A DNA stretch of 64,000 nt from Torpedo marmorata (lineage: Eukaryota): contig OZ360250.1 of the NCBI GenBank assembly GCA_977017645.1, forward strand, positions 32,922,001 through 32,986,000. The letters run 5' to 3'. Positions 1-10,367 of the stretch are shown here, in pieces. A program made the position numbers and the translations under genes. Below the pieces are notes generated by a model that had not been told where the DNA came from, did not search any database, and saw nothing but the letters and a program-made list of their open reading frames with translations. Position 1 is the stretch's first letter. Every line of letters begins with the position of its first letter.

Positions 1-1043
1 CTACCTTCCTTTCGCCTCTTATTGAAAATTAATCAGTTTCAGGTTTAAAAATAAAAATTGGCCAAAGAGTTTCCCAAATTCCAGCCAATGGTTTCTGTTC
101 ACAGATATTATCAAATGCTTAATGGAACCCTAAAGAAATACGTTCCTAGATTGTCCCTGTCCAAAATGTTCAAGTTCAATCGTTGATCTGGTGACATCAT
201 TTACTGAATGCGCCTCTGAGCAATGCTGGTGTTACAAAACTGGTGAATCCACCCGACATTTTAGGTGAATTATATTTTCTGCATGCCCATTCTCAGATTG
301 TCAACTGTGTAGACAGTCACTGAGCTGTGAGGTCATTTTTACCCCTTTACTATATGAGGCATCGCAATGTGATCCACTGTCTTGTTCTGCATCCTAATGA
401 TGCATCCACTAAATGTGTAGCCTCCGTCAATTATACAGTGTTTATTATCCCTTCTCCTTCTGCAGTGGCAATTATACTCCATGATGAATGTGATAATTAC
501 AATAAATCAACAGCAAAGGGCCAAATATTAAGGCTTTATAGATGGACAATGACTTTTATGGTTTAAGGAAAAATGAGTTTGTGCTTAATCTAGTTCACAG
601 GGACACAAGACGAGAGCACACCAGTGCCAATAAATCTCCACTAATTGAAGAATGTCACTTCTTTGTAGGAGGCTTTGAAAAAAAAGCTTTGAATCTTTAT
701 TTTTACAGGTGCTTTGTGAGTTTTGTTGTTGATATTTGAATGCATTGCTGATGTATTGGATGTCTCAAGCAGAAGATCGGCCACTAATTGGTGGGTTGTT
801 ATATGAGGAGAGATTGAGTAGATTAGGGCTGTACAGATGCTCCTCGACTGATGATGGGGTTACGTTCCGGTAAACCCATCGTAAGTGGAAAAATCGTAAG
901 TCGAAAAAGAATACCGCACCTACCGAACATCATAGCCTAGCCTGCCTTAAATGTGCTCAGACCACTTACCATAGCCTACAGCTGGGCAAATGTATCTAAA
1001 ACAAAGCCTATTTTATAATTACCATATATTTCGGCGTATAAGT

Positions 1044-1260
1044 TGTAGCACGATCAATGACCACTCACACACACGAAGAAAGTGATCAAAGGCTTTATTA
1101 ATCTGAAAATCCAAGCATGCCTCTACATGCTGCTGGCTCACGTCCAAGGCAGGTATAAGGGGAGGAGACTAGGGCTCTCAGCCTTTAATAGGGGATATAA
1201 TGGGGAGGGGCTACAGGTTAGCCCAGTGAGGACATGCCCGCAGTACTGCATTCCACCACA
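1044..1260 (-). mobile_element. Solo LTR (217 bp)
   Basis: TG...CA ends; 5-bp TSD TAAGT (1039-1043, 1261-1265); AATAAA on minus strand near 1095. Confidence 0.8.
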
Positions 1261-1486
1261 TAAGTCGAGTTTTGAAACCCTCAAAAATCACTCAAAAATG
1301 GGGGGTCGACTTATACGCCAGATATACTTTTGAGACCTTAAATTCAACTCAAAAAACCGCTCGACGAAGATTCGGCGTATAAGAATACCTGGAAGCACCT
1401 CCCCACTGCTGGCGCCACCGCTCCCTGACACCTCCCCACCGCCGGGCGCAGCCATAACCCACCCAGACACTCTACAATTGTAGAGC

Positions 1487-1783
1487 CCGAGGTCGCCGCT
1501 CCTGCCCGGTAGGCCGAGGTCCCTGCTCCTGCCCGGGAGCCTGAGGTCGCTGCTCCTGCCTGGTAGGCCGAGGTCCCTGCTCCTGCCCGGGAGCCTGAGG
1601 TCGCTGCTCCTGCCTGGTAGGCCGAGGTCCCTGCTCCTGCCCGGGAGCCTGAGGTCGCCGCTCCTGCCCGGTAGGCCGAGGTTCCCGCTCCTGCCCGGAG
1701 AACGAGGTCGCCGCTCCTGCCCGGTAGGCCGAGGTTCCCGCTCCTGCCCGGAGAACGAGGTCGCCGCTCCTGCCTGGGAGCCG
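1487..1783. repeat. GC-rich minisatellite, about 11 units of 27 bp alternating as a 54-bp dimer
   Basis: Units CCGAGGTCGCCGCTCCTGCCCGGTAGG and CCGAGGTCCCTGCTCCTGCCCGGGAGC alternate. Confidence 0.9.
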
Positions 1784-1925
1784 ACACGTAGGCGTGGTTC
1801 CTGCACCGAGCACACTTGGGCAGCGAGGCAACTTCTTTGATGCACCCGATGTTGAGAATGGAGTCGACGTCGCCGACTCTGGCTGCAGCCGATGCTGAAG
1901 ACTTGGACCCAGCACCGTTTGACAA
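1782..1925 (-). pseudogene. dmrt1: Captured DMRT1-like exon-1 fragment (N-terminus plus first part of the DM domain)
   Basis: Minus strand reads [14 protein letters not shown], and the adjacent frame gives GASKKLPR directly upstream; resembles DMRT1 [19 protein letters not shown](A/V)S; TTG start; breaks off before LKGHKR. Confidence 0.75.
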
Positions 1926-2457
1926 CTTCCCGGCCAGAAGAAAAGGTTTTATTTCAATTGATTTTTTACTTGCTTGCTTAATTTACAGCTTTGTTACTTG
2001 GCGATTGGGGCGTTGTAACAAAGTTTGGGTTGTTGCTGGGAGGCCCGGACACCAGTCCGGCATGTTCCTTGCAGAAAATTGGGGGTCGACATACGCCCAA
2101 TATATGATAAAACCATTAAAATGAGGCTGAAAATGGGGACCCGACTTATCTGCTGGTTGACTTATACGCCGAAATATACGGTAAATGTTGAATATCTTTT
2201 ATTCCACACTGAAATTTTTTTTTATCATAAAATATAGCGCCAGCCAAAGCATCCACCAACTGTTGCGCGATAACCAATAACGACAGTCACACCAACACCA
2301 CCATGCGGCGAATTGTGAAACTACAGTACTGTACCAAGTGACTACATACAGGTATTTTCATTAGAATGCGTATTGCTATCGTACCATCGTAACTTCGAAA
2401 AGTCGTAAGTCGAACTATCGTAAGTAGAGGAGCACCTGTATTCTTTGGAGTTTAGAA

Positions 2458-2760
2458 ATATGCGATGGAAGGACGTTGCTCCGCCTACTCATGCTCAATG
2501 GCTACGTGACGTCATGTCATGTTTAAATTTAGAGAAGATTAGATGCTCAATTTCCGATTTGAATTTAAATTTTCAAACACTGTGGGGACCCTTTTATGAA
2601 TTATTTTCAGAATCTCTGATTTCACATGAATGCAGAAGTGTTGACTAATAAGATAATTTATCACTTTGATAAGGAATTCTTTTTTCTTCTCCTTGCCAAA
2701 CAGCTTCGTTTTTGGTAGTGGGTTTAGATCTTTTTTTTATAATAAAATAATAAAATATTA
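2458..2760 (+). mobile_element. L1/Tx1-like LINE 3' fragment
   Basis: ORF2 C-terminus-like WKDVAPPTHAQWLRDVMSCLNLEKI...WGPF followed by an AT-rich tail. Confidence 0.7.
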
Positions 2761-2849
2761 CTGTAATATAATTTGTTTATTTGAGAATGCGGGGTACCTT
2801 GAATGAAATGGTATGATCTAAGTGTAATGTATTATTTTTGACTTTTAAT

Positions 2850-3345
2850 ATGTATTTTTTTTTTGAATATTTTATTTTTTTATTTTTAAAGTCCACAATA
2901 TAAACAGAAAATATACAATTTACAACTATATACAATATTATCATTAAACTCTCCCTCCCTCCCCCCAACTGAAAAAAGAAAAGAAAATATACAAAAGAAA
3001 AGAAATAAAATGAAAAACTAAACGTACCATCAGTGCTTACATTGATATTTCAATCTTTTTGGAGGTGCCACACCGTTAAATATTTCTACGCTATATTGTA
3101 TTGTACTTTAGGGTTTGAATTACAACTGGACCCCATTATACTCCAGGTATGGTTGCCACACCTTTACAAATGTACCGTATCTATCCTGAGATTATATGTA
3201 ATTTTCTCCATGGGAATACAGCTGTGTATTTCTGCTGACCATCGAGTGATTTGAAGGGGGGAGTCGGACTTCCAAGTGACTGCTATGCATTTTTTTGCTA
3301 CGGACAAAGCAACTAGCACAAATTGAATTTGGTTTTAATATGTAT
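2850..3345 (-). mobile_element. L1/Tx1-like LINE 3' fragment
   Basis: Minus strand AKKCIAVTWKSDSP...RWSAEIHSCIPMEKITYN; same family as 8577-8988. Confidence 0.75.
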
Positions 3346-3686
3346 TCTTATGTACTCTGTATTTTTCGATGTGGAACTTCAATTTCAATTTCAATAAAAT
3401 TATTGAAAAAGAAGGAAATATGCGAGGAGATCTCCCCGAAGCATACAACATGTTTAAGGGGTTTGGAGGGTATTTCTCTTGACTGGTCAATCATAGACCA
3501 GGGGCTACATGTTGAAAATAAGAACTGGATGGTTTAACACTGAGATCAAGAGAAATTTCTTCACTCAAAGGGTGGAGAATCTTTGGAATTAACTACCCCA
3601 TACGGCAGTGGAGGCCCTTTCATTATAGAAAAATCTTTCCTTTGTTTTGCCCTGTAAAGTCACACGAAGAGGCACTATTAATACAG

Positions 3687-4868
3687 AAGTAAACACGAAA
3701 ATCTGTAGACACCGTGGTTAGAGTAAAAAACACAAAAGCTGGAGAACTCAGCAGGTCAAACAGTGTCTTTTATGTAGCAAAGGAAGAAATACATAACCGA
3801 CGTTTCGGGCTTGAGCCCTTCTTCAAAGTATGAGAAAATGCCGGCAGACGTCCGAACAAAGGAGTGAGGGGGGAGGGGGGGGTGGCAAAGGCAGGAGATG
3901 ATAGGTGGAGAAGGGAGGGAGGGGACAGCAGCAAAGAGGGGGAGGAGGGGTGGCTGGGTAGCTGGAGGAAACCAGGAAGGACAGGTGAGGGGGGAGGGGA
4001 AGGGAACAACAAACAGGTTTAGTGGAAAGCAGAAAAGTCAATGTTAATTCCATCTGGCTGGAGAGTGCCGAGACGGAATATGAGATGTTGTTCCTCCAAT
4101 TTGCGGGTAGTAAGGGTGGGATGGTACATGAGGCCATGGACAGACATGTGAGTGTGGGAGTGTGACCCAGAATTGAAATGGTTGGCCACTGGGAGGTCAC
4201 TGTTGTTGCGAACCGAGCGGAGGTGCTGAGCGAAGCGATCTCCCAATCTGCGACCGGTCTCTCCAATGTATAGAAGGCCACAAAGGGAGCACCGAATGCA
4301 GTAAATAAGTCCTCTGGATGTACAAGTGAAGTGTTGCTTCACTTGGAAGGCCTGTTTGGGGCCCTGGACCGTGGTGAGGGGGGAGGTGTGGGCGCAGGTG
4401 TTGCACCTCCTGCGGGCGCAGGGGAAGGTTCCGGGGGTGCGATGGGTGGGGAGGGACGAGTGCACGAGTGAATCACGGAGGGAGCGGTCCTTACGGAAGG
4501 CCGAGAGGGGAGGAGAAGGAAAAATGTGTCTGGTGGTGGGATCCTGCAGCAAGTGCCGGAAATTCCGGCGGATAATGTGTTGGATGCGGAGGCTGGTGGG
4601 GTGGTAGGTGAGGATGAGGGGTATTCTATGTTTGTTGTGTCTGGGGGCAGAGGGGGCCAGGGCAGATGAGCGGGAAATGGAGGAGATGCGGGTGAGGGCT
4701 GAGTTGATGGTGGTGGAGGGGAAGCCACGTTTGTGGAAAAAGGCAGACATTTCAGAAGATCTGGAGTGGAACACCTCATCTTGGGAACAGATGCGGCGAA
4801 GGCGGAGAAATTGAGAGAAGGGGATGGAGTCCTTGCAGGGGACAGGGTGTGAGGATGTGTAGTCCAGA
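3687..4868 (-). mobile_element. Penelope-like element, 5'-truncated: RT C-terminus, GIY-YIG endonuclease and pLTR with hammerhead motif
   Basis: ORF 4019-4774 with CARRRCNTC, LIYCIRCSLCGLLYIGETGRRLGDRF, VANHF, LGTLQPDGIN; 14-bp TSD CACTATTAATACAG (3673-3686, 4869-4882). Confidence 0.92.
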
Positions 4869-4924
4869 CACTATTAATACAGCGTCACTATCAGGGTAAG
4901 AAAGAGTTCCTTCAAAGACACAGA

Positions 4925-5866
4925 TGTGTGGTGGAAAGTGTACTGACCGGCTGCGTCATGGTCTGGTATGAGAACACCAATACCCCTGAGCATAAAGCCC
5001 TCCAAAAGGTAGTGGACACAGCCAAGGACATCACAGGCAAAACCCTCCCCACTATTGAGTACATCTACAGGGAACGCTGCCGTCGGAGCAGCAATCATCA
5101 GAGACCCACACCACCCAGCACACGCTCTGTTCTCGCTGCTGCCATCAGGAAAGAGGTATAGGTGCCACAAGACTCGCACCACCAGGTTCAGGAACGGCTG
5201 CCACCCCTCCACCAACAGACTCCTCAACGACAAACTCAATCAGAAGACACTTTCAGACAGCCGTTTCATTCCGGGACATTTTCGGCATTTTGACGGCACG
5301 TCTGCGGTCTGAAAAATAGCGACCCGGAATGGGGGGGGTCATTTCTGTGCTGGCATTTTTCTGCCAGTCACAGCCCCGGAACGCCGCGCTGTCTGAAAGC
5401 TGCTTACCTCATTCCGGGCCCAGCTCGGGTTTGCATCACACGACCCGCCTCTTTTGGTCCAGGAATGCTGGCCTTCTATGTGAAATTACTCCCTGCCCCG
5501 GCAATTTTGCCGACTTTTCTCGGTTCTGTGTGAACGACTGGGTCAAGCTTGAAGCCAGGATACTGCCGAGTCCTCCTGACAGCAATATCGCGGCATTTCT
5601 GTGTGAAAATATCCAGAGCCTCATTTAACGACTCTTATTTGTGCACTTTATTGATTTTCTTTTTGTCCTCTCTGTATTGCACAGTCAGTTTGTTTACATT
5701 CGTTATCTGTTTACAGTTCTTTGATTGTTTACATGTTTACGCTGTGTACAGTTTATTTTTTGCACTACCAATTAGTGGTAATTCTGCCGCGCCCACAGGA
5801 GAAAGGAATCTCAGGGTTGTATGTGATGTCATGTATGTACTCTGACAATAAATCTGAAATCTGAAC
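4925..5866 (+). mobile_element. Rex1/Babar-like LINE 3' fragment split by a MITE
   Basis: VESVLTGCVMVWY, DPHHPAHALFSLLPSGKRYR; AATAAA and (TCTGAA) tail. Confidence 0.85.
5245..5614. mobile_element. PIF/Harbinger-like MITE
   Basis: Imperfect TIRs AGACACTTTCAGACAG / CTGTGTGAAAATATCC; 3-bp TSD AGA; absent from the sister Rex copy at 50440. Confidence 0.7.
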
Positions 5867-6009
5867 CTGAGGATCTTTGGAATTAACTACCCCATACGGC
5901 AGTGGAGGCCCTCTCATTATAGAAAAATCTTTCCTTTGTTTGCCCTGTAAAGGCACACGAAGAGGCACTATTAATACAGCGCCACTATCAAGGCAAGAAG
6001 GAGTTCCTT

Positions 6010-6485
6010 CAAAGACACTGAGTGTCCGTGGATTCTGCCATCTCCTCTGATGTTGCCGCCTCCTGCGCCTCCTGTGCCCCCGTAACCTCCTGTCTGGTCC
6101 AGCGGTGAACCTGAGCTCCAGACATCCAAGTCGCATCTGCTCGACCCCTGGTTCTGAACCTCTGAATCGTTAAGAAGCCTCCCAGTCCTTTCAGGAGCCC
6201 TGCTCGCCATCAGCACCTTCACCTTCCTGGACCCACAGCTCCCAGAAGCCGGTTGCCAGCTGCCTGTGGGCTGGAATGAGGGTCTCGGCCACCAAGCCCC
6301 GAGCTAGAGCCTGGTCCACTGACATCGTTCCCCTACTTGGTCATTCCCCACGCTGTGGCTTCTCCTTCTCAGCGAGCGTCGGGCGGGGGGAACGTTCTCC
6401 TGCTCTGGTGCCCTGTGCCAATTCTTTGCTTCCTTGGAGCATGCAACCCTTGAAGTCTGGACTGGGAACGTGAGTGCCGCCATTT
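6010..6485 (-). mobile_element. Diverged relative of the GC-rich non-coding retroposon family
   Basis: CACTGAGTGTCCGTGGATTC and GAGCTCCAGA motifs shared with the 19143 and 44352 copies. Confidence 0.55.
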
Positions 6486-6584
6486 AGGATCCAGCGTGGA
6501 GGATTGGTGTCGATCCTCGATCCAGGTTCTGGGGTGAGATCCGAATCAGCAGTTTACTCTCCTGAGAAATGAAGGACTCAGACA

Positions 6585-6848
6585 TTTTAAAATTTAGACA
6601 TACATACAGCACGGTTTCAGGCCATTTTGGCCCACGAGTCCATGCCACCCAATTTACACCCCATTAATCTACATCCCCGGTACATTTTGAATGGTGGGAG
6701 AAAACCGGAGCCCCCAGAGAAAACCCACGCAGACATGGGGAGAATGTACAAACTCCTTACAGACAGCGTAGGATTCGAACCCCGGTCCGGTCCCGATCGC
6801 TGGAGTTGTAAAGGCGTTGTGCTAACCGCTACACCAACCGTGCCGCCC
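6585..6848 (-). mobile_element. tRNA-derived V-SINE-like element
   Basis: A box TAGCGGTTAGC, B box GGTTCGAATCC, core GGAGTTTGTACATTCTCCCC...CTCCGGTTTTCTCCCAC. Confidence 0.88.
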
Positions 6849-7292
6849 TTTTCTTCAGCCAATTCCCTTTATTTGTTACACAGGCCTGTGGGAGGTCCAT
6901 CACCCCCCGTAAGGGATCCAGGAGCTCCCTGAACATACAATTACATCAGTTTGTATACCCCGCCGCAATCTGATTTGACCAATCCAAAAAAACAGTCTTC
7001 TCCCATGTGACACAAGCATTACCCTATCAGCATTAAGCTACACACCATTCGTGGGCAAATTGCATCATTATGTGAACCAATCACGTAAGCAGCTTCCTCT
7101 TTTCTCAGGGATTGTTCTTGCATTCACCTGAATGGGGAAACTCCAGGCTGGTGGAAATTTACTAGTCAAACCATTATCACACTGCTCAAACGGCATCAAT
7201 CCCACTGCTCAAATGTATGAGGTTGCAGGTTATTTGGGTGTAATTGGGCGGCACAGGCTCGTGGGCCGAAAGGGCCTGTTACCATGCAATAT

Positions 7293-8226
7293 GAATCAGA
7301 ATCAGAATCAGAATTTATTGTCATGAACAAGTCATGAAATTCGGTGCTTTGCGGCAGCATCATAGTGCAATTAACATTCATATTAACCATTCTAACGACA
7401 TTACTATATAAAAAAAATTATAAACAATAGTGCACTAGTGTCTTTGGTTCATTGATTGTTCAGGAATCTGATGGCAGCGGGGAAGAAGCTGACCTTGTGC
7501 CGTTGAGTGCTCGTCTTTAGGCTCCTGTACCTTTTCCCCGATGGAAGCAGCGTGAAGAGGGCATGGCCTGGGTGGTGGGGGTCCTTGAGGATCGAGGCTG
7601 CTTTATTAAGACATCGCCTCATGTAGATGTCCTCGATGGAGTGAAGTTTGGTGCCCGTGATGTCACAGGCCGAGTTAACAACCTTCTGGAGTTTGCTCTT
7701 GTCCTGGGAGTTGGCGCCACCATACCAGGCAGTGATGCAACCAGCTAGAATGCTCTCCACGGTACACCTGTAGAAGTTCACGAGAGTCTTTGGCGACATA
7801 CCGAATCTCCGCAATCGCCTCACAAAGTATTGCCGCTGACGAGCCTTCTTTGTGATTGCATCCACGTGGATGCTCCAGGACAGATCCTCGGAGATGTTGA
7901 CACCCAGGAATTTGAAGTTCTTGACCCTCTCCACGACTGAGCCCTCGATGAGGACTGGGTTGTGTTCCCCTGACTTCCTCCTGAAGTCCACAATCATCTC
8001 CTTGGTTTTGCTGACGTTGAGCTCAAGGTTGTTGTCATTACACCATTCAATGAGCTGATCTATCTCCCTCCTGTACGCTTCCTCATTGGCGTTTGTGATT
8101 CTGCCGACAACTGTGGTGTCATCGGCAAACTTGTATATGGCATTGGAATTGTGCCTGGCCACACAGTCATGAGTGTATAACGAGTAGAGCAGTGGACTAA
8201 GCACGCATCCTTGGGGTGCGCCTGTG
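7293..8226 (-). mobile_element. Rex1/Babar-like LINE, 5'-truncated RT
   Basis: ORF 7449-8204 LSPLLYSLYTHDC, KFADD, FYRCTVESILAGCITAWYG; (TCTGAT)n tail. Confidence 0.92.
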
Positions 8227-8576
8227 TATGACTAAATTAAAATAAAATTACATTCTTGATTACATTGCATTGTTCAGGGTCTTACTTCCACTCCGGACCC
8301 CTGAGGACATTGATGTAAAACTACGGGCAATGTAACCCTGCGTGGAGCCATCGGGAGAGATGTCCGGGCAGTAGGACCCTGCGGAGGGGCAACGAAAGCT
8401 CCACTCCCTAGGTCTATACCTGTGGCAGCACCGCAGTTCCAGCAGCTGTTGCAGTGCCGCCATTTCGACGTGTGTACAGTGCTAGAACACGGTGCTGAGG
8501 AGCAGCCACTATCTTGATGAATGGGAGTGCAAGGTCTGATCCCTCTCGTATGTTCAAGAAATGCATTCAATCTCTC

Positions 8577-8988
8577 ATCACTCGATGGTCAGCAGAAATG
8601 CACAGCTGTATTCTCATGGAGAAAATCACATATAATATCAGGAACAAATATGACACATTTGTTAAGGTGTGGCAGCCATATCTGGAATATATTGGGGCCC
8701 AGTTATAATCTAAACCCCAACGTACAGTAAAATGTAATGTATTAAAATAAATGGTGTGATGTCTCCAAAAAGGTGGGAAAAGCAATGTAAGCACTGACGG
8801 TACGTTTAGTTTTCTTTTCTTTTTATTTGTATGTTATGTTTTTTTTAAGTTTGTCCTTTTCCTTTTTTAGTTGGTGGGGAGGGAGGCAAAATTTAATGAT
8901 GATGTTGTATACAATTTGAAATTGTATGGCTATGTTTACACTGTTAACCTTTTTGTGAAAAATAAAAAAATAAAATATTTTTAAAAAA
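8577..8988 (+). mobile_element. L1/Tx1-like LINE 3' fragment
   Basis: RWSAEMHSCILMEKITYNIRNKYDTFVKVWQPYLEY; A-rich tail. Confidence 0.75.
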
Positions 8989-9224
8989 GTAATGCATCCA
9001 ATCTCTAGTATCCATGATGTACTGGCCTTGTCCACAAAACTGGCATGTATCCAGGTTGAACATTTACCAAGGCAAGTTTCTAATAATTAGACTCTGAGGA
9101 GGCTCTTTAAATTAGGCTTGTTATGAAGATGCAAAGACACCTTTTAAAAGACACAATTAACAATTATATTAGACATCAATAAAACTTGTAAATGATCCTG
9201 TATAAATTTTACATTTAGCACAGC

Positions 9225-10000
9225 ACAGCACAGGATTAGACACGTTGGCCCCCTGTGCCTGCACAGATCACAGTATCAAGTGAAACGAATCCCATCAACG
9301 TGCACATGGTCCGCATTTCCCTATTTCCTGCCTGTTTTTTTACAAATTTAGACCTACAGCACGGTAACAGGCCCTTCCGGCCCACGAGCCCGTGCTGCTT
9401 AATTACACCTAATTAAACTACAACCCCTGTACGTTTTTGAAGGGTGGGAGGAAACCGGAGCACCCGGAGGAAACCCACACGGACAAGGGAAATATGTACA
9501 AACTCCTTACAGACAGCGCTGTTCATGTGTCTATCTAAATGCCTCTTAAACATTGTTATCGTACCTACTTCCACCACTTCCCCAGGCAGTCTATTCCAGG
9601 CACCTACCACTCTCTGTGGGAAATGAAACTTAACTTGCAAATCTCCTTTGAATTTTCTCCCTCTCGGCTTAAACCTATTCCCTCCAGTATTTGAAATTTC
9701 CACCCTGGGATACAAATTCTGGCTGTCTATCTTATCTGTGCCTCTCATAATTTTATAAACTTCTATCAAGTTGCCCTCTCATGCCCAGAGAAAATGGTCT
9801 AAGTTTGTCCAACCTCTCCTGATAGCTAATACTCTCTGGTCCAGGCGACATCCTGGTCAACGTCATCTCCACTCTCTCCAAAGCCTCTGTATCCTTCCTA
9901 TAACAGAACGACCCGAACTGCACACAATATGTGGCTGAACCAACGTTTTAAACAGCTACAATGTGACATCCAGATTTTTATAATCATTGCACTGACTTAT
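9225..10000 (-). mobile_element. CR1 LINE 3' fragment containing a truncated V-SINE (about 9341-9520)
   Basis: IEVYKIMRG...FPQRVVGAWNRLPGEVVE...FKRHLDRHM. Confidence 0.8.
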
Positions 10001-10367
10001 GAAGGCTTGCCTTTTGCAGGGAGCTATGGGCTTGCACCCCAATATCCCACCATACATTAATGCTTCTAAACGTCCCGCTATTTACTGTACACTAGAGATG
10101 CACAAAATCTGCAGTCGCTGGAAACTCGAGTGAACAAGGATCATCCCATCTCTCCCACCTCTGTCTGATCCCTATATCATCCCTTAGCCTGTGAAAGTCA
10201 GCCCGCGCAATAATAAAACAAATAGCAGAACACAGCAGAACCAATTAAGCGTACAACAGTTTCTTTATTCAACCTTGATAACGTTAGCGGGAGTGAGGGG
10301 TACAAAGAAAATGTTCAGTAACTCGTTCTCTACACTGAGCCCCAGCTCAAAGCATACAGAGTGTTCA

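Larger units (their letters stand above)
1022..2181. mobile_element. Tc1/mariner-superfamily non-autonomous element carrying GC-rich cargo
   Basis: TIRs CCATATATTTCGGCGTATAAGTC / GACTTATACGCCGAAATATACGG (left TIR split by the solo LTR); TA at 1020-1021 and 2182-2183; subterminal GTCGACTTATACGCC repeats. Confidence 0.85.
834..2438 (-). mobile_element. Tigger-like (TcMar/pogo) non-autonomous DNA transposon, interrupted by nested elements and itself inserted in a CR1 remnant
   Basis: TIRs CAGATGCTCCTCGACT / AGTAGAGGAGCACCTG; TA at 832-833 and 2439-2440; same ends as 60415-60961 in reverse; flanks rejoin to CR1-like GLLYEERLSRLGLYSLEFR. Confidence 0.85.

Noticed and set aside
1487-1783. CRISPR-like array
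   Set aside because: Contiguous tandem units without unique spacers; eukaryotic context; no cas genes
1344-1925. Functional dmrt1 gene
   Set aside because: TTG start, frameshifted KKxPR region, DM domain cut before LKGH, no further dmrt exons seen, and located inside a transposon
6770-6848. tRNA genes at A/B-box sites
   Set aside because: All continue into the SINE core and tail, so they are SINE heads
8300-8405. Hammerhead from CTGAGGA and a later CGAAAG
   Set aside because: Stem II closes onto TAA rather than GAAA; no consistent fold
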